Source of the DNA: Azolla caroliniana
Lineage: Eukaryota > Plantae > Polypodiophyta
Assembly (NCBI GenBank): GCA_043228905.1
Contig: JBHGNT010000002.1
Coordinates: 1,116,001 to 1,180,000, forward strand
Reading direction: 5' to 3'
DNA: 64,000 bases
Shown: in pieces, positions 32,601 through 47,431 of the stretch
Numbering within the stretch: position 1 is the stretch's first letter
Layout of the letters: each line of letters opens with the position of its first letter
The notes under the pieces: model-generated
What the model was told of the DNA's origin: nothing
Database searches by the model: none
What the model saw: only the letters and a program-made list of their open reading frames with translations
Position numbers and translations under genes: made by a program

Positions 32601-35600
32601 ATCTTTATGTTGTGGTTTAAATGACCAAGCCAATATCCGTATAATATAATTATTGAATTTCAAATGAATGGACACATGCTAATAGTTGATTTCATATGTA
32701 TTCATGGTTGATTTCATATGTAAACGTTGCCATAGTGGCCACATTCATAGGCATCATATATAGGTTGGAATAGAACTTATGAGTAATGTAATTTTTTATT
32801 TGGGAATATCATTACTCATGTCATTTAGATTAATCATGCAAGGATGAAGGGGCATCATTCTTATACTTAAAATGCATAACATGTTTGGCATTTCTGTGAG
32901 GTTGAAACAATTAAATACCAAAAAAAGATAGATGAATAACACAACACTTCGATGAATTCTATATGAGGATGAAGAACATCCTTTTTACGCTTATAATTCA
33001 CATCATTCTTGGCTTTTCTACAAGGTTGAAATAGATAGATGTGACATTTCCAATTGTTAGTTGCAAGTCAAGAAGCTTTGGTATGAGAACGCCACGAAGA
33101 AGCACACAATTCTCAAGTGGGATACTATTGGCAACACATGGCCCCATGTTCTCTAGAACAAGTGTCATCAAATGCTTCAAACAACAAAACAGAGAAGTTG
33201 ATAGAATCACTTTCATCTATGCATCCATTTCTTGTTAATCAACATATAGCATGTGCAAATATTTAGGAGATATGCACACTATGTTGTCAAGTTTATTGTT
33301 GCTCACATAAAAAAAATTTAACACATAAAAAGCATTATAGAGAGTTAGCTTTATAAATGTATATTTGCATCTCATGCATTAGGTTCGCACATGGTTGACT
33401 TGAAAATCATGTCTCGTCTATTGAAAAAGTCGCGAGTGTAAGATACCGTTGTTATCTAGTTATGAATATACCACACCATTATTGTTCATATTTCTCGATA
33501 CATGTGTTCATGAAGGTAATACACATGCTTTTTTGCTCATGCGTGTGTAGAGTCTCGATATGCTAAATGTATTACTTCTTATTGAATATAATTGAACTAC
33601 ATAATAGGGTTAGATGGGGGAAGTTCACCTAAGTTAGCACCCCTATTCAGGCAAATCTTTCGAGTTCCTTTGAACCCTTTAATCTCCCTTTTGCATCTAT
33701 GTAACAACTAGTGAAATGTTTTCTATTAATTTGGATGGAAAGGAAGGGGGGAGAGGAACGTATCACAAAGCTCAAAAACCATTAAAATGCAAAAGATAGT
33801 TACTATAGCAAGGACCATATAATGGAGATGGCCATACAAACTACAAGTTAAAATATCCACATATCTTTTTTTGGAAAAATAAATAAATATCCATATATCC
33901 TGACATAAAACTACATGTCATATATCAATAAATGAAATCATTACTTGGTGTTGCAACATTTATTCTCTTTGCCAAGTAATCTACGATATTGATCAAGTAT
34001 GTTGTTCCAAGTAGGGTCTAGGCTAACGTCAATTACCTAACTTCAAGAATGGCCCTCCAAAAGCTGTTATATTCCTAGGTCCTTGAAGGAAATATAGAGA
34101 AAAGGATGTTTTAATAGTTGTTAGTAACATTGCACATTGGCTAACCAACTACTTGATTGTAGTATGCATAGTAGGGAACTTTGCTAGAATGTGGAGTAGC
34201 TAGGTGGACTTCCTACAATATTCCTTTAGTACACAGGGTGAAGAAAAAAAGGAGTGTTGGCAATCATAAATGATGTTATGTGGTGGATCCAATACTCAAA
34301 ATATAAATGATCTAAGAGAGCAACAATTCAAGTATTATTGTTGTGAGGAACTATATGTAAGAGGAACCATGTCTTTCCTTTTGAGAGTTGTTGACCGTTT
34401 TGCCCTAATTGTTCCAAAAAAAGTTTCCTTTCTTCTAAATAATTACATTATTGAGTTTGATGGTTTGAAATACACACAACGGGAACATATGCATGAGAGT
34501 AAATACATATAAATTTTATACAATTTGAGTCGGTGTCTCATAGTTTGCTATATGTTCAATGCATGAAAAGGAAATATGGGTGTATATTGTATGTCCATTC
34601 CTTCATATCATACATTTTGTTAAGGAAAACGAAAGGTATGGTCACTAATTCCATATCTGAAAAGATATTTTGAAACTATGGGGACAAGTATTATAAGGTA
34701 ATTTAATTTATATTTGCTCTTATGGTCCAATACATAGACACACAAGAGGGAAAGAAAACAATTTAAGAGACTCAACGTTTGGAAGATGAACATTTTTGTG
34801 AGGAATCAAACTAGAGTAAAAACGAACATGTTGGAGCCTATGAAAAGGTACTTCACACATGCACGCACAATCATTCATATGTAACTATATGTATCGGTAG
34901 AGAGGAGGGAGGAAGGGATTCCACAAACCAGAGAACAATTCAAATCGAAGTAACGAAATCCTCGTCACACAAGGACGCAATGTTATCTAATAAAATGCTC
35001 CTCCACATGGTGAGATTTGAACATAGGCATATGTAAGACGTACAGTTTGGCCACCCATACCCTTTCAAAACTCATGTGTGATCGCATAAAAGTTAGATGG
35101 GAATATGATGTCATAACAAATACTAATTTCTTGCCAAGAGCATTTAAGAAAGCCATGAGCAATGAGGGAAATATATGACAATGCAAACACATACATTTTG
35201 TTATTAGCAATGAGCTTCTTTATCATTTATGAAAAAACTCAAAGTCATGTAAAAGAAAACCCACGATTTTGTTTTATGGTTTGATACTCCATTTTGACCT
35301 GAAGGCGACCTCTTAAAAGATGTTGGTGTATCTTTTTCCTCCTCTACATTATATCAATCTTAAGATGATGAGACATAAAACTCTCGTTGCAATGTTTTTT
35401 TAGGTCGACCATAACTCACGCTACTATCCATAAGATTATGGCCCTCTTGCTCTCATGCTTTCATGGGCCCGTAGGGTGGTTATCTAAGGTTAATAACACA
35501 TCATCATTGTAATCTCTTTCTTGCTCTCATCCACACACAATTACACCATAGCTTGATTACACCTTGCTATGGCTAGAAAATTTGTAGGATTTTTTAGAGG

Positions 35601-38600
35601 CTAGCTAGCAAACAAACAAAAATAAACTCTCAAATCATTGTTAAAGAAAGCACTATGATATGATTGTTGACCTCCGTTTCCCTTTGAGTTTAATTCTCAT
35701 ACGATAAATATGTCGACAATCTAGATGTTAATTCAGTTTTCTTGTCACATGTTGATAGAGATGGCCCACAACTCAAGTAGCATATACTTTTAGTACACCA
35801 TATACTTTAATGGAACCACATTAGGATGTAAATAAAGTTTCTTTTAAAAAAATGGAAAACAAATGCAAAAGCTAACTAGAGTATTAAAGAATTTCCTTTG
35901 CGTTTGTGTTGTTATATTTATATATTAATTATAAATTAGGACAACCTTTTGCAGTTGTTCATGTACAATCATTGACATGATGTCTTGACTTGAAACAAAG
36001 GTATTTTCATAGGATTACCAACTTTATTTCATATGTAGCTCATCATGTTCACTCGGTGTCAAGATATAACTCAACGTTGGTCATGGTTTTCAAGGATTGA
36101 ATTGATAGAATTGAGGTATTAGATAGATGACAATCACATGGTTTCACACTTTGCCCAAGTCTTTAAGGGTTGTAACTAGTGCAGGCTACACCAATTCTCT
36201 TTAAACTGAGTTGGATAGCCACCCGCCTACGATATTACTCTCTAACTTGAGGAGTGAAATGTTGAGTGAGAACCAACTCGCTTGGAAAGTATCTCTTTCC
36301 CCCATGACTTTTGATAGCAGAACAAGTGCATTGGCTACTTCCCTTCTACTTGGCATTCACCAAGTGTCGGTTCCGTCTTGAGAAGGTAGGCAAGTGCAAT
36401 TAGTGAAGTTCAAAATACTAGGTTTTTACACTCGCTCTAAACCTTATCAAGTTCCATTCACAAAAAGACATGTTCCTTGTTCATTGTCAATCTTCATTGT
36501 TGTCTACATCATTAGGTGGCCAACTAGTCACCCATTTCTTTCGTCGTGCTCATATTAACATTGTAATCGCCAATTCTTGATATTCCAATATAAGATTAGG
36601 GATGCAATGATCTAACTAGTACGAAAGACTTATTTTCATCCTTATAAAAATGGGTATGGGCACCATTATCTATGTTTGCACAATAGGCAAGCCTTAGACT
36701 ATGGAGATCAAACAATGTTTTGATTAGAATTCAAGTCGTAACCATGGAATGAGCAATATGATATTCAATGTCTTGTCTTGCTGACCTAAAAAGTTGGATT
36801 TGTTTCATTATTATTGTCAACATGATTTAGACATCTTGAATTCAAAGTAGGATGGCTATCCTAGTTGCTTTAGTCCTTATGGCCTAAAATAGATATCAAT
36901 TTCAATACACAAGGTTCTTGAACACGTGATTGGATAAGGTGATATTTCCATTTGGACGACGTGTGTTAGCAATCATAGTGCTTTGAGATTATATTTAATT
37001 GAAAATGCGTAATATAATTAGTTTGCACCCAATTAGATTGAGGTCTCTATTACATTATGAGAGTTGGTTTTGAGTTTGAACAGAACAATTATTTGTGGGT
37101 GTACCTTCAATGAACATGAACCACGATTCCATGATTATTCAAGGGGAAGTAAGTCACACTCAAGTAACCCACCGACTGGCATATATGAGTAAGATTATAT
37201 TGAATAATCTCATCATGCACTCCAACCGAATTGAAGCGTTTGACATGCAACAACATTTTAGAGTTGAGGAATCACGGTTTGAAACAAGCCACCATTACAT
37301 CTAGAGGGTAAGTACTAAGACTCTCTTCCGTGTTAATGGCAATGGTTCTCACTAGAACAACAAACATGATATCACCTCAACAAGTGGCCACGTTTTTTCA
37401 CTCACAATCACAACATTCAAATTTCTATACAAATACACAACATATTTTCATACTATACAGATGTTCATCAACACATAAAATGATGATATTATTACACCAT
37501 GATGAAGATATGTGACTAGGTACGCGAACCCCACTTTCTAATTTTCCTCGATTGTTACTTCACACACAAGGGTTCACTTTTGTAGTTAGTTGGAATCTTG
37601 ATTATTGTTTACCCTTATTTGCCTCATCATTGTCATAAAGATATGATTGATAAGTTTGAACTTTTATGCATAATTGACACCAAATCAAGATGTGGATATA
37701 TTCTATCGCTTATAATTAGTTGCTTTCCGCCTACGAATGAATTCTCACATCCCTCTCTTGTAAGGTAAGTAATGTTTTTTCAAAAGGACGTAGCATGTGA
37801 CAGTTTTTACATGTTATGGAAGTGGTTCATCTACAGATGTAAGAAACACCACCAAATGCTCTCTTGTTACTAGAACATCATAAATACCTTCACCTTGTTG
37901 AAACCTAAAAATTCCACGACGTTTTTGTCATTGCATTGATTTCATTCTTGAAAGTGGCTGTCACCATCACTTGGGACAATATTTGAAAACTAGAAAAATT
38001 GTCCAATTTATGGATGTTATAAAGTTGTTTTATACTAATGACATCCAATATTTTTGTATTTGTGTGTCAAAAGTGGTAGAAAAACAAACACATGATCCCC
38101 TCTCCCTTGCTGTATAGGATCATGTATAAATTATCGGTGCATTTCTTCCAAATTCTTTCCTTTTGATTTTGAGATCCATAACTTAGACCACATTAGCAAT
38201 ACAAAACTATGCTTTGCTCACATGGCTATGTTCCTATGTTTCGAGTGCTTTAGACAATAGATTATACAATATTGATCAAGTAAAAAAGTCACTCTCTTCT
38301 CACGAACTGAACATAACACATGGGCATACAAGCCAATCACTTGTACGAACAAAAATAACAAATGCAACAAACATTAAAGTCTCACCTCAAAAGATATGCT
38401 TGTTTATGACTTGAGGGGATGCAATTCCCTAAACAATAAATTTACCATTTCCTAGCCTTATTTACACTATTAACATCAGGGACTTTAGATCTCTGTTTCT
38501 GTCACAGTTGTGTGTGCATAGACACACACAATTCATCCACAATATAACACGAGACAATAAATTTGACCATTGATACCCCCATTGATCAAGTTGCACAAGA

Positions 38601-39254
38601 AAACCCTATGAATGATGCATGATCCACGTATGTTATATTGTTCACACTACCAAAAGAGGTCCTCCCCTACCATTTTTATGGGTCCCATTTATCTCCCAAA
38701 TGGTTTTCATTAACCATACATATATGTCATTAAAAAGAGACATTGTACTGAAAAAGCATGCATTTTCCCAATTTAAATATAATATTCGCCATTAAAATGC
38801 AAGACCTATAAGGCATTGTGTCCTATAGTGCAATGCAAAAGCATTTAATTTGTCTTTTATGTCAAATTTGATAGAATTTCAATATGCAAACAAGATGATA
38901 TGGAGGTGAATCCTGTACTTTGTACCTTAAGGTTGTGAATTTAGGCCTTTAGTAGCTTGTGTATGATGATGTACGTGCTCATTATGAAAAGTCCATGTAA
39001 TTTTAATTGAGATCATACGACTATGAGTTTCTCTTAAAAGTTGTTGATACAACATTGACATTATCACAGTTTCACAATACAAAGACGACGATGAAAGCAT
39101 TGCCTTATCAATAAAAGGTAAAAATAACCAAGCAATGCTCATGATCTCGATTAACATTATATGTAATTATGTGATAAGTTATAACTTAGAATTATGAGTT
39201 AACTAACGTCGAGGATAATTTCCTTTTGCATAATTAATTTTTCTAACACAAATT

Positions 39255-39412
39255 TATATATTGTTCATGATTATATAAAAGAGACCCACTAATGTTTCCA
39301 AATTTACGTTTATCTTTCTTAACACCTTCAACAATATAATGTTCATGATTATATAAATGGGACCCACTAATGTTTCCAAATTTACGTTTATCTTTCTTAA
39401 CACCTTCAACAA
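39255..39412. repeat. 78-bp tandem duplication
   Basis: TGTTCATGATTATATAAA...GACCCACTAATGTTTCCAAATTTACGTTTATCTTTCTTAACACCTTCAACAA occurs twice. Confidence 0.95.
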
Positions 39413-40080
39413 GGATATCTATACACCTATGTTGTAATAATGACCTTACCTTTGCTTCTGAGTCCCATGGACTAACAATTTCAACTCTACTAGTTCGACC
39501 CTTCCCTACCCTGACAAAGTTGGAGATAGCTATAATCAAGCAAGTGTGAGCTATGTCAACAAACAAAACCCTTGGTAGGCATATCTTACATCCCTTTATT
39601 ATTCTTTTAATACCTTCCCACATTTAATCTAAAGAGTCCTGATGTTAAACCGCAATTAATTACACATTATTTTGATCCACTAAGCATTTCACTATCGTTT
39701 GCTTGAGAGCCCACTAAACATTACCAAGCCTTGTTCTCATCGCAATATTGAATTGATACTATTCTCAACATACATGCACATTGAGGGTGTCATTGGAATA
39801 TTTGTGGAAAGTTTACAACCTTGTTCCTTTGCATTATTGTATCCGTTATATTTGCTAAGTATGAGAATGTATCCAAACCGCTACTATTTTGAGTCTTTAG
39901 AAGTAGAGTTAGTCAATCACCATGTATAAACTCGGTTATTAGATTATGTCACGTCATCCATGGCGATTGATAAATTGCTGCCATATGAGCAATGAATTGC
40001 TAGGACACGAAGGAAAATCTATCCCTCGCATGTAACACCACTCCTTTCCATATATTGTTCATTTTTGCCTTGAGTTTCGT
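39412..40080 (-). mobile_element. Possible decayed hAT transposase fragment
   Basis: The disrupted minus-strand translation has TRLGNV..ALKQTIV and WEGIKRIIKGCKICLPRVLFVD, loosely like hAT 'TRF...ALRQMV' and 'FW..V..IL....PL..VLRLVD'. Confidence 0.3.
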
Positions 40081-40498
40081 GAAGCTTCTAAATACTATGA
40101 TTGTTCTCCTTAAAATTGATCACATATTGTGGATGTGAATTGGGGTGATGGAACCTTGCTTACAACCCCATCATCGAGAAAACTTCCACTACTATTAACA
40201 GAGCGTGTATTTGTTGCTTGTATCAAGGAATATGTTTGACCGATAGACCATGTGTTAAAAAATGTCTCATTTCTATTTTTGGTCCAAGAGACATCATCAT
40301 GTTCAATAAACGGGTTTGTACATTCCATGAAAAAAAGAGACTTAATCAAAAGGAGAACTTAGTTTATAAAGTGATTAAGCTTCTTTAAATTCAGACATAA
40401 AATAGCCCTTTTGTTTCCTTCTAAAAATTCCCTTTTCTTCTTGAGTATAAAATAAAGCCAGATAAAAATTAATTCCAAGTCTATGCTACAAGCCTCTT

Positions 40499-43400
40499 TC
40501 ATGATGATTCCTCGGACTTACTTGCATTTCTCTTCTCCTCCCAATGAAGATATCGCATTCGATTGTATTCTCTACGTTCAAGTACCCCCATCTTATTCTT
40601 ATGACTTCGAGGTTTCGTTCCATGTTTGATATTCATCCCCTTTGCTGTGTCTTCTACATCATCATCATCCCATACTAAAGTGCTGAACGGATATTCAATG
40701 CTCTCATTATGCTAACAAAAGGGAAGTGATACAAATATTTGTTAAACCCTACCAATAGATACACATCATCCTAAAAACATTCATAACTTAAACATTGAAT
40801 TTAAGTGATGTTTAGCCATATACGTTACCATGTACAATCTAAATGTCTAACTCACCATATGTGCTTGGTTACCTCCTTGAGACTCTAAATTTTCCACTGA
40901 TGCTACTCTTTTCGGTGGTTTCAGCCCATGAACCTTAACCTCTTTCTGTAAATCATGTGTGTCTTCATCTGAATTACCAACTTTTTCAGTCATCTTTTCT
41001 GAAGATCCACTTGCATCATCCCTCTTGCGCATCAGAACACTCGGTGTATCTTGGTTGTTATCGGTATAAAGTGGTTCAAGATAATAATGCTTTTCCAACA
41101 GTGTCCTTATCCTGAGGTTATGAATCTGCTCTTTCTGCAAACTAGGAAACATTTTTGAGACACCTCAAAATTCTTGCATCAAGCAAGTAAATGGAACGCA
41201 TGGAAATCAAATCAAATCAACTGAACAGCGCAGCAACTAGTAAAAAATGTAGAGAACTTACATAAGTGCTAACTTCTCTTGAAGGCGGCTTCCATCAAGA
41301 GCTAATATATCCTCGATACATGGACTGACAGATTTTTTCGCTATCCAGTAGCCAGCTGCTGTTGCTCCAGCTGTGTATGTAATAATCATACAAAATTTAA
41401 TGTTTCTAACAGTTTGTCATCGACTCAAATTTGTAGGGTAAAAAAATCCGAATAGAATATAAAAAAATTGTATGTGATCTCTCACCAACTGTTGATGTCA
41501 ACCGTTGTACTAGATTGAGGCCACCAGTTACTACATCATTGCCATAAAAAGAACAACATTTACAAACTGAGTTAAAATGGCAGTTATAATCTCTTCATAT
41601 CTTCATACCTGCTGAATGTAAAGCACCCCTTCTAAAAGAATTCTAGCCTTTTGAGAAAAAAGTTAGAAACGAATACCAATTCTTTCAGTGTATAACAAAC
41701 TAGCTCTATATATGTAATTTCACTATGAACATTAAACCAAGCAAACTCTTCCTTCATCATTCTTGGAGGTACTAGTATACTTGTGAATCATTCCATGCTA
41801 TGTAAAAAAAGATGTGATCATTACTCGTCACTTGTTAAGAGTAATTCTAGTCAACCAAGACCTCTTGTATACTTCTCTAAGAAATTTATTAATGGAGAAC
41901 TTCACAATCTCACAAACCTAAAAAACGAATTTTGGAGAACATGGTTAATGAGAAAGAGGAAAACAAGGAGTGGAGGATCCACAAAGAAGTAAAGAAAGAT
42001 GGTCAAAAGAAGGTCAAGACACCAATCGACATCCAAAAGCAAAACAAAAAACATTAATGACGCAATAGAGGAGGCAAAAAGAAGGAAAAAGCATTTTGCT
42101 CTAGGATGGTTGTGGACTGTAATATAGTATAGACTACGGTTTGGGAACAGGGAAACGCAAGGTACAAATGTAACACATAGAATTTATATTATTAGTCAGT
42201 GTTTAAAATATAGTGACCGCATCATAGATAAAAATTGAGATTTTCCAAAACTTTAAACCTTGTAGTCAACCACTACTAGGCATCTTTCAACATAGTGAAA
42301 GGGTTTTCTTGGTTTTTTTTTTATTTTGTGGGGGGGAGGGGGGGAAGAACAATGCTGTAAAAATTATGAGAGAAAAAAAGGAAATGGAAATTTACAAGGA
42401 AAGAGAGGCACCATTCATTTTAATATTGTGAATACTAAATATAATGTTTTTTTGTTTACATATTCTGATTCCACTTTCTCGCTCTAATTTTGTTTCAGAA
42501 TCTCTCAAACATGGATATTTCATTCACCCATCCACAACTAAACCATAGTCGACTTTGATGAAACAATTTTTTGGTAATCCCTTTAGGCAAAATATTGTAT
42601 ATGAAACGGTGCATGATCACATTGTCCCCACAAAATGATTTGTAACTTCACTCCATCATTCCTATCCTGTCTCTCTCTTTCTCTCTCCCGCCCCCTCCCG
42701 AAAAAAAAAGTAAAGAAAAGAAAGAGCAAGTGTAGGGATAAGTTAGGTGTCCAAGAGGACTCTTAGAGGTAATCACAAGCACCATTGGCGTGAAGCTGGG
42801 ATCTCCACTCTTCCATACCCTCTTCAAACTGTTACCTTGACAAGGTAACAAACTACATTACACTGGGGAGGGTATTGACGTATTATGTATACCCATCCAC
42901 ATTCTTCTGTATGATGATGGCAACCTAGGAAAGACTAAATTCATCATCTGCATACAACCACACCAACTCGTAGACAAGTTGCCTTTACCTGATTATGAGG
43001 GCAAGTCGATTCCTATGCATATCTAGGAGCCACATTTACAAGCATAAATGAATAGTTCTCCATGACCTGCGCCGCCAAAATGACTCACTCAAATATAGCC
43101 ACGCTAGAGCTACAATGCCACTATGCACAATTCTGGTAGTTTATCAACACCATGGTCACCCCTCCACTGGCATATGGTGCAGCCATATATCACAAATAGT
43201 GTGTCCACTAGCCATGATGCTGTCACAAATATAAGTAGCAAGTTCTCTGATAGACTTTAATATATATATATATATATCTCAAGAGCAAGAGCTGACCACT
43301 TGACCAATAAGGTATAAGGTTTGAATCTCGTTCCAGGTAATAGAGGGGGGGGGAACGTGATCTATTGTACACAATATATATGTATGAGGAATGTGATAAA

Positions 43401-43508
43401 AACAAAAAGGGAGATGTAATTTTGGTCTCATTGGTCATATTTGACCTCTGAAAACGATAATAAAATCTACCTATATCTATATACATACAGACAGACAGAC
43501 ATATATAC

Positions 43509-43571
<63 letters not shown>

Positions 43572-43629
43572 GTCGGCCATTAATAGAGAAACGAATTCCC
43601 CACAAACCAAATACACAATGAGTTGAAAT

Positions 43630-43668
<39 letters not shown>

Positions 43669-44009
43669 AAATGACGAAATACCTGACCACACAATGCTGC
43701 CTGCTGCTATGAATCCTTGAATACCGTTTCTTTTTATTCTATTGGCACAGTTCACTAATACGTGTTCCTCTTCTTTCGTGGTGGAATACTACCAAAAGAA
43801 ACATGTGTGGAGAAAAAGAAAAGAAAATGAAATTAAGAAACAATGAGGGAGAAATAGCTGTTACGATGCAAAAAAAAATAACCTTCAGGCATCGGATTAT
43901 TCCTGTAGGCAATGGTTTTTCTTTGTAAGAGGAGCCAAAGCAATACCTTTTCTTCTCTAAGTATTCCAATCATTCTGGCAATGGGCGATTGGTTTCTTGC
44001 CTGTGCCAT
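40499..44009 (-). CDS. Uncharacterised conserved plant protein, ~273 aa, 6 exons, probably membrane-associated (resembles the Arabidopsis At1g05430 type, from memory)
   Basis: Exons: 44009-43947, 43788-43683, 41530-41486, 41370-41262, 41141-40856, 40711-40499. All junctions are GT-AG and phases are consistent (822 nt). Translation: MAQARNQSPIARMIGILREEKYSTTKEEEHVLVNC...GFIAAGSIVWSVTGGLNLVQRLTSTVAGATAAGYWIAKKSVSPCIEDILALDGSRLQEKLALI...LLEKHYYLEPLYTD. Confidence 0.82.
43500..43666. repeat. (AT)n microsatellites
   Basis: Direct reading: 43500-43568 and 43632-43666. Confidence 0.95.
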
Positions 44010-44018
44010 TCTGAGCGG

Positions 44019-44050
<32 letters not shown>

Positions 44051-45269
44051 GTCTATCTTCTCTACGTTTTCTGTAATCGCTGGGTTTGTTTGCCGCCTCT
44101 CCTCGATTCCTCTGTTGTTTTGTCTCTCTGTCTCTGTCTCTGTCTCTGTCTCTGTCTCTCTTCTCTGTTTCTGCAGGGGGGCGTGCTCTGTTTCTTAGAT
44201 AGAGAGAAAATTAGTCAAATTGAAATAAGTATGTATGTAAGTCATTCAAACTAATTGTCCGAAATACCCTTTTAGAGCTTGGTTTTTAATTATCTCCCCA
44301 AATACCCCTGAGCTCCAGACGAAAACACTAGTGTATAAAATTAGCAAGGGGGTAGTAGGCCTTCACATGATAGCATATATACTTCAGAGCGGTCATGGTG
44401 TGCGTTTACAGATATAGACACTACAACACATGGCGCACATTGACGGATTAATTGTTTGTTTGTTGGTCTCCACTATGTGTGTGCATAATGTTTGTTATAT
44501 CATGGAAAATTTCAGATACATATAATGACTCTTGCTCTTAGGATACAACATTCCCCCCAAAAAAACCTTGTCCAGTTATGTCTACCTTATGTGCTCCCTG
44601 TATCGCAAAAGAAGACCATAATTACGTTGGGAACATGGAAGATTTGTTGGGCCGTCCATCATCTATTCATGCCCCGAATTCAAGAAACCATAACATATGG
44701 ATGACCATTGAAATTATAGCATACATGACCATGCATGCATATAACATGTACCATACATATCTTCCAACATCCCCTTAACACACCAAAGCTTGCATTGTCG
44801 TGTCTAATTGTTTTGTCTCCTTATTTTGGAATAAATTGAAGTAGACATAGGAGGTGAGACCCTCGTCTAAGTAATGTTCACCTTCTTCTTCTTTTTCAAA
44901 ATAAACTATCCTTCCATTAGTTATAAAGAAATGTCATAACGGTACATCATACAAAGTATTTTCTCCCAAACCTGTCTTGTGTAGACAATGGTTGAGGAAA
45001 CAAATCTATGTACTCCAACATAGAGAAAATAGTCCAACAATTACAATCTATTCCCTAGACACGTTGCACTGTATCCATATCAATAGGCAACAATGAAAGT
45101 AGCTCTATTCGGAAACAAACCCTCTCAGGTCATAGTTATGAGCCATTCAATACTTCTTCAACCTGTATATCTCGGCTTTGAAGGCGATCAACTACGTTCT
45201 TTGGTTTTTCAAGAGAACCACTTTCCACATTCGTGGTTGTAAGGTCAACAACTATGCTTCCTCTTTCCC

Positions 45270-46200
45270 CATCAACCAGCTTGCCGGATTACCACCAAAA
45301 TCCTGTACATACAATAACAAATTAAGTCAAGTTTCCTCCTCTCCTCATGAGCTTATTCTTCGGCCCCCACACCATCATCACTCGTCCTTATCAAAAAACA
45401 TAAAAACTGCTTCATTAAGTCCTCATCAACCATCTCGCCGAATACACCAAATTTCTGCACATAAACAATAAAATGTGTCTAAATTCCTCATCTCCTCATG
45501 AGAATGTGCTTCAACCTTCACACCATTATCACTCATCCTTATCCAAAACATAAATTCTACATCATTAAGTCCACATCATCCATCTCGCCGAATACCACCA
45601 AAATCCTGCACATATAACAATACACGAGTCTTTTTTCCGTATCCCCTCGTGAGAGTATGCTTCGCCCCCCACACCCTCATCACTCGTCCTTATCCAAAAA
45701 CATGCATTTTGCTTCATCAAGTCCACATCAACTTCTCACGGATAACTGCCAAAACCTGTACATACAAACAACTAAATGAGTCTAGTCTTCTAAATAGATT
45801 ATTCTTCAATCCCCACACCACCAATACTCATTCTTATAAAAAACATGCATTTTGCTTCCTCAAGTCCACATCAAACTTCTCGATGATTACCACCACTATC
45901 CTGTACATACAAACAACTTAGTTTTTTGAAGAGATTATGCTTCAGCCCCCACACCACCATCACTCATCCATATCAAAAACATGAATTATGCTTCAATAAT
46001 CAACCTCAACCATCTCACTCTCGCTGATTTACCACCAAAATCGTGTACCTAAAAAAACAAATGGCATTACTCTACTCGTCTCTCATTAAATTACGTTACA
46101 ACCCTCAACACCCCATCACTCATCCTTATCCAAAATCAGAAAATGCTTCATTGTTCGCATCCACCATCTCGCCCTTGTCAGTCCACCGAACTACCCAAAT
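45270..46200 (-). repeat. Degenerate ~150-bp tandem array (~6 copies), each unit carrying a minus-strand intron acceptor
   Basis: CACCA..ATCACTC.TCCTTATC recurs at ~45369, 45521, 45672, 45818, 45952 and 46110. The minus strand of most units reads TTGT.T.TATGT(A/G)CAG|GATTTTGGTGG. Confidence 0.75.
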
Positions 46201-46379
46201 CCCATCTGCCTCTTTCATGTTCTTCATGTCAACCTGTAAGATAAAGAGAAAAGATGAAACTATATACCTCACTGTTATGTTTGAAATAAGAAAGGATTGG
46301 GGGCGGGAATAGCTAATGTGGTGGAACATAATTCCAACGATCTTCATGTGACTCATCTAACAAAAGAGGTATTGGCCAC

Positions 46380-46990
46380 CATATTTTATGGATTTTTCGC
46401 CTTTTCTTTTGCACCTTTTCCGGTGTTCCTTTAATACTATCATACTCTCCCTTAACTGTGTGCACCAAGTTGTCCTACCACATCTTAATCATATCCACCA
46501 CATTGTACTTGATGCCTTCATATTTCTTGTTGCAACAACACTTCCACCACACCCATAAAGCATTAATTGAAACAATATTCCAAACAAAAGAGTTTCTAAA
46601 AAAATTACCACCAAGAATGTTAGGAAGAACTGGTTCAGTTGTACTCTCCAACACACGTAATGCTTCCATGCATTGCTCGGCCTCGTACAAAGATACATGC
46701 TTATCCAAAGACCCCAGAAAACAACCCCCCATGTAAAAATTGCTCCCTTATATTTACAAGGAAACATCCTCAATATTCTTCCCCAATACTGTCGAGCTAC
46801 ACTACAAGTCCAAAACAAATGTTTCAAAGTTTCCTCATGTACTTGGCAGCACACACAACGACGGTCATCGACTTGTAATTTTAAATTAACACCTACAGGT
46901 AAAGAATAATGAAGCATTAACCACATAAAAGAATTTGCTCTACACGTACATGGTAGAGTCTATAAACGTTTCCAATAAGCCACCTATATA
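46380..46990 (-). mobile_element. L1-type LINE ORF2 3' fragment (zf-RVT), frameshifted
   Basis: WLMLHYSLPVGVNL...RRCVCCQVHEETLKHLFWTCSVARQYW is a CCHC zf-RVT motif. Confidence 0.8.
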
Positions 46991-47431
46991 TTGATGCAAT
47001 ATATGCCATAAATGTTCACCTTCTTCAATGTTCTAATGCTAAGATATGAAAATTCACGTGATGTTTCCCTAAACTTGGATCAAACCACGTCCAATAGTTC
47101 ATAATAAGAGAAATATAAGCTGCTACATGAAATTGATGATCCAATTACTTGGATCAAAGGTGATGGATTCCTAGTAGTTGGATCTATCTCAAAATAGTCA
47201 TTAGATGAAATTCAACCTGCCTTAATTTGTTGGACAGGATTCAAATCAAATGGGGAAGAATTAATACTAGAAACATGAATGTGTTACAAGACATAAATAT
47301 AGAGTGTAATTCGAAGAGAGAGGTTTATAGCTAGACTTTATTTAATGTCTTCAAACATGGAATTGAATATCAAACGGTAGAGAGAAAATTAGGCATCTCT
47401 CTCTCTCTCTCCCCCCCTCTCTCTCTTCCAC

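Noticed and set aside
29700-39200. Numerous 60-80-aa ORFs in the large intergenic region
   Set aside because: No coherent splice chain. There are only faint retroelement echoes (e.g. VSHLRIVCF ~33100-33125 minus, SIQRGNPSP ~32445), too weak to annotate individually.
39255-39412. Shared 78-bp period with the 735-1350 array and the TIMELESS start duplication
   Set aside because: The three sequences are unrelated; treated as coincidence.
41589-41650. Exon-like segment with a CAG|GTATGA donor on the minus strand
   Set aside because: The gene model is complete and family-like without it; at most a cryptic exon.
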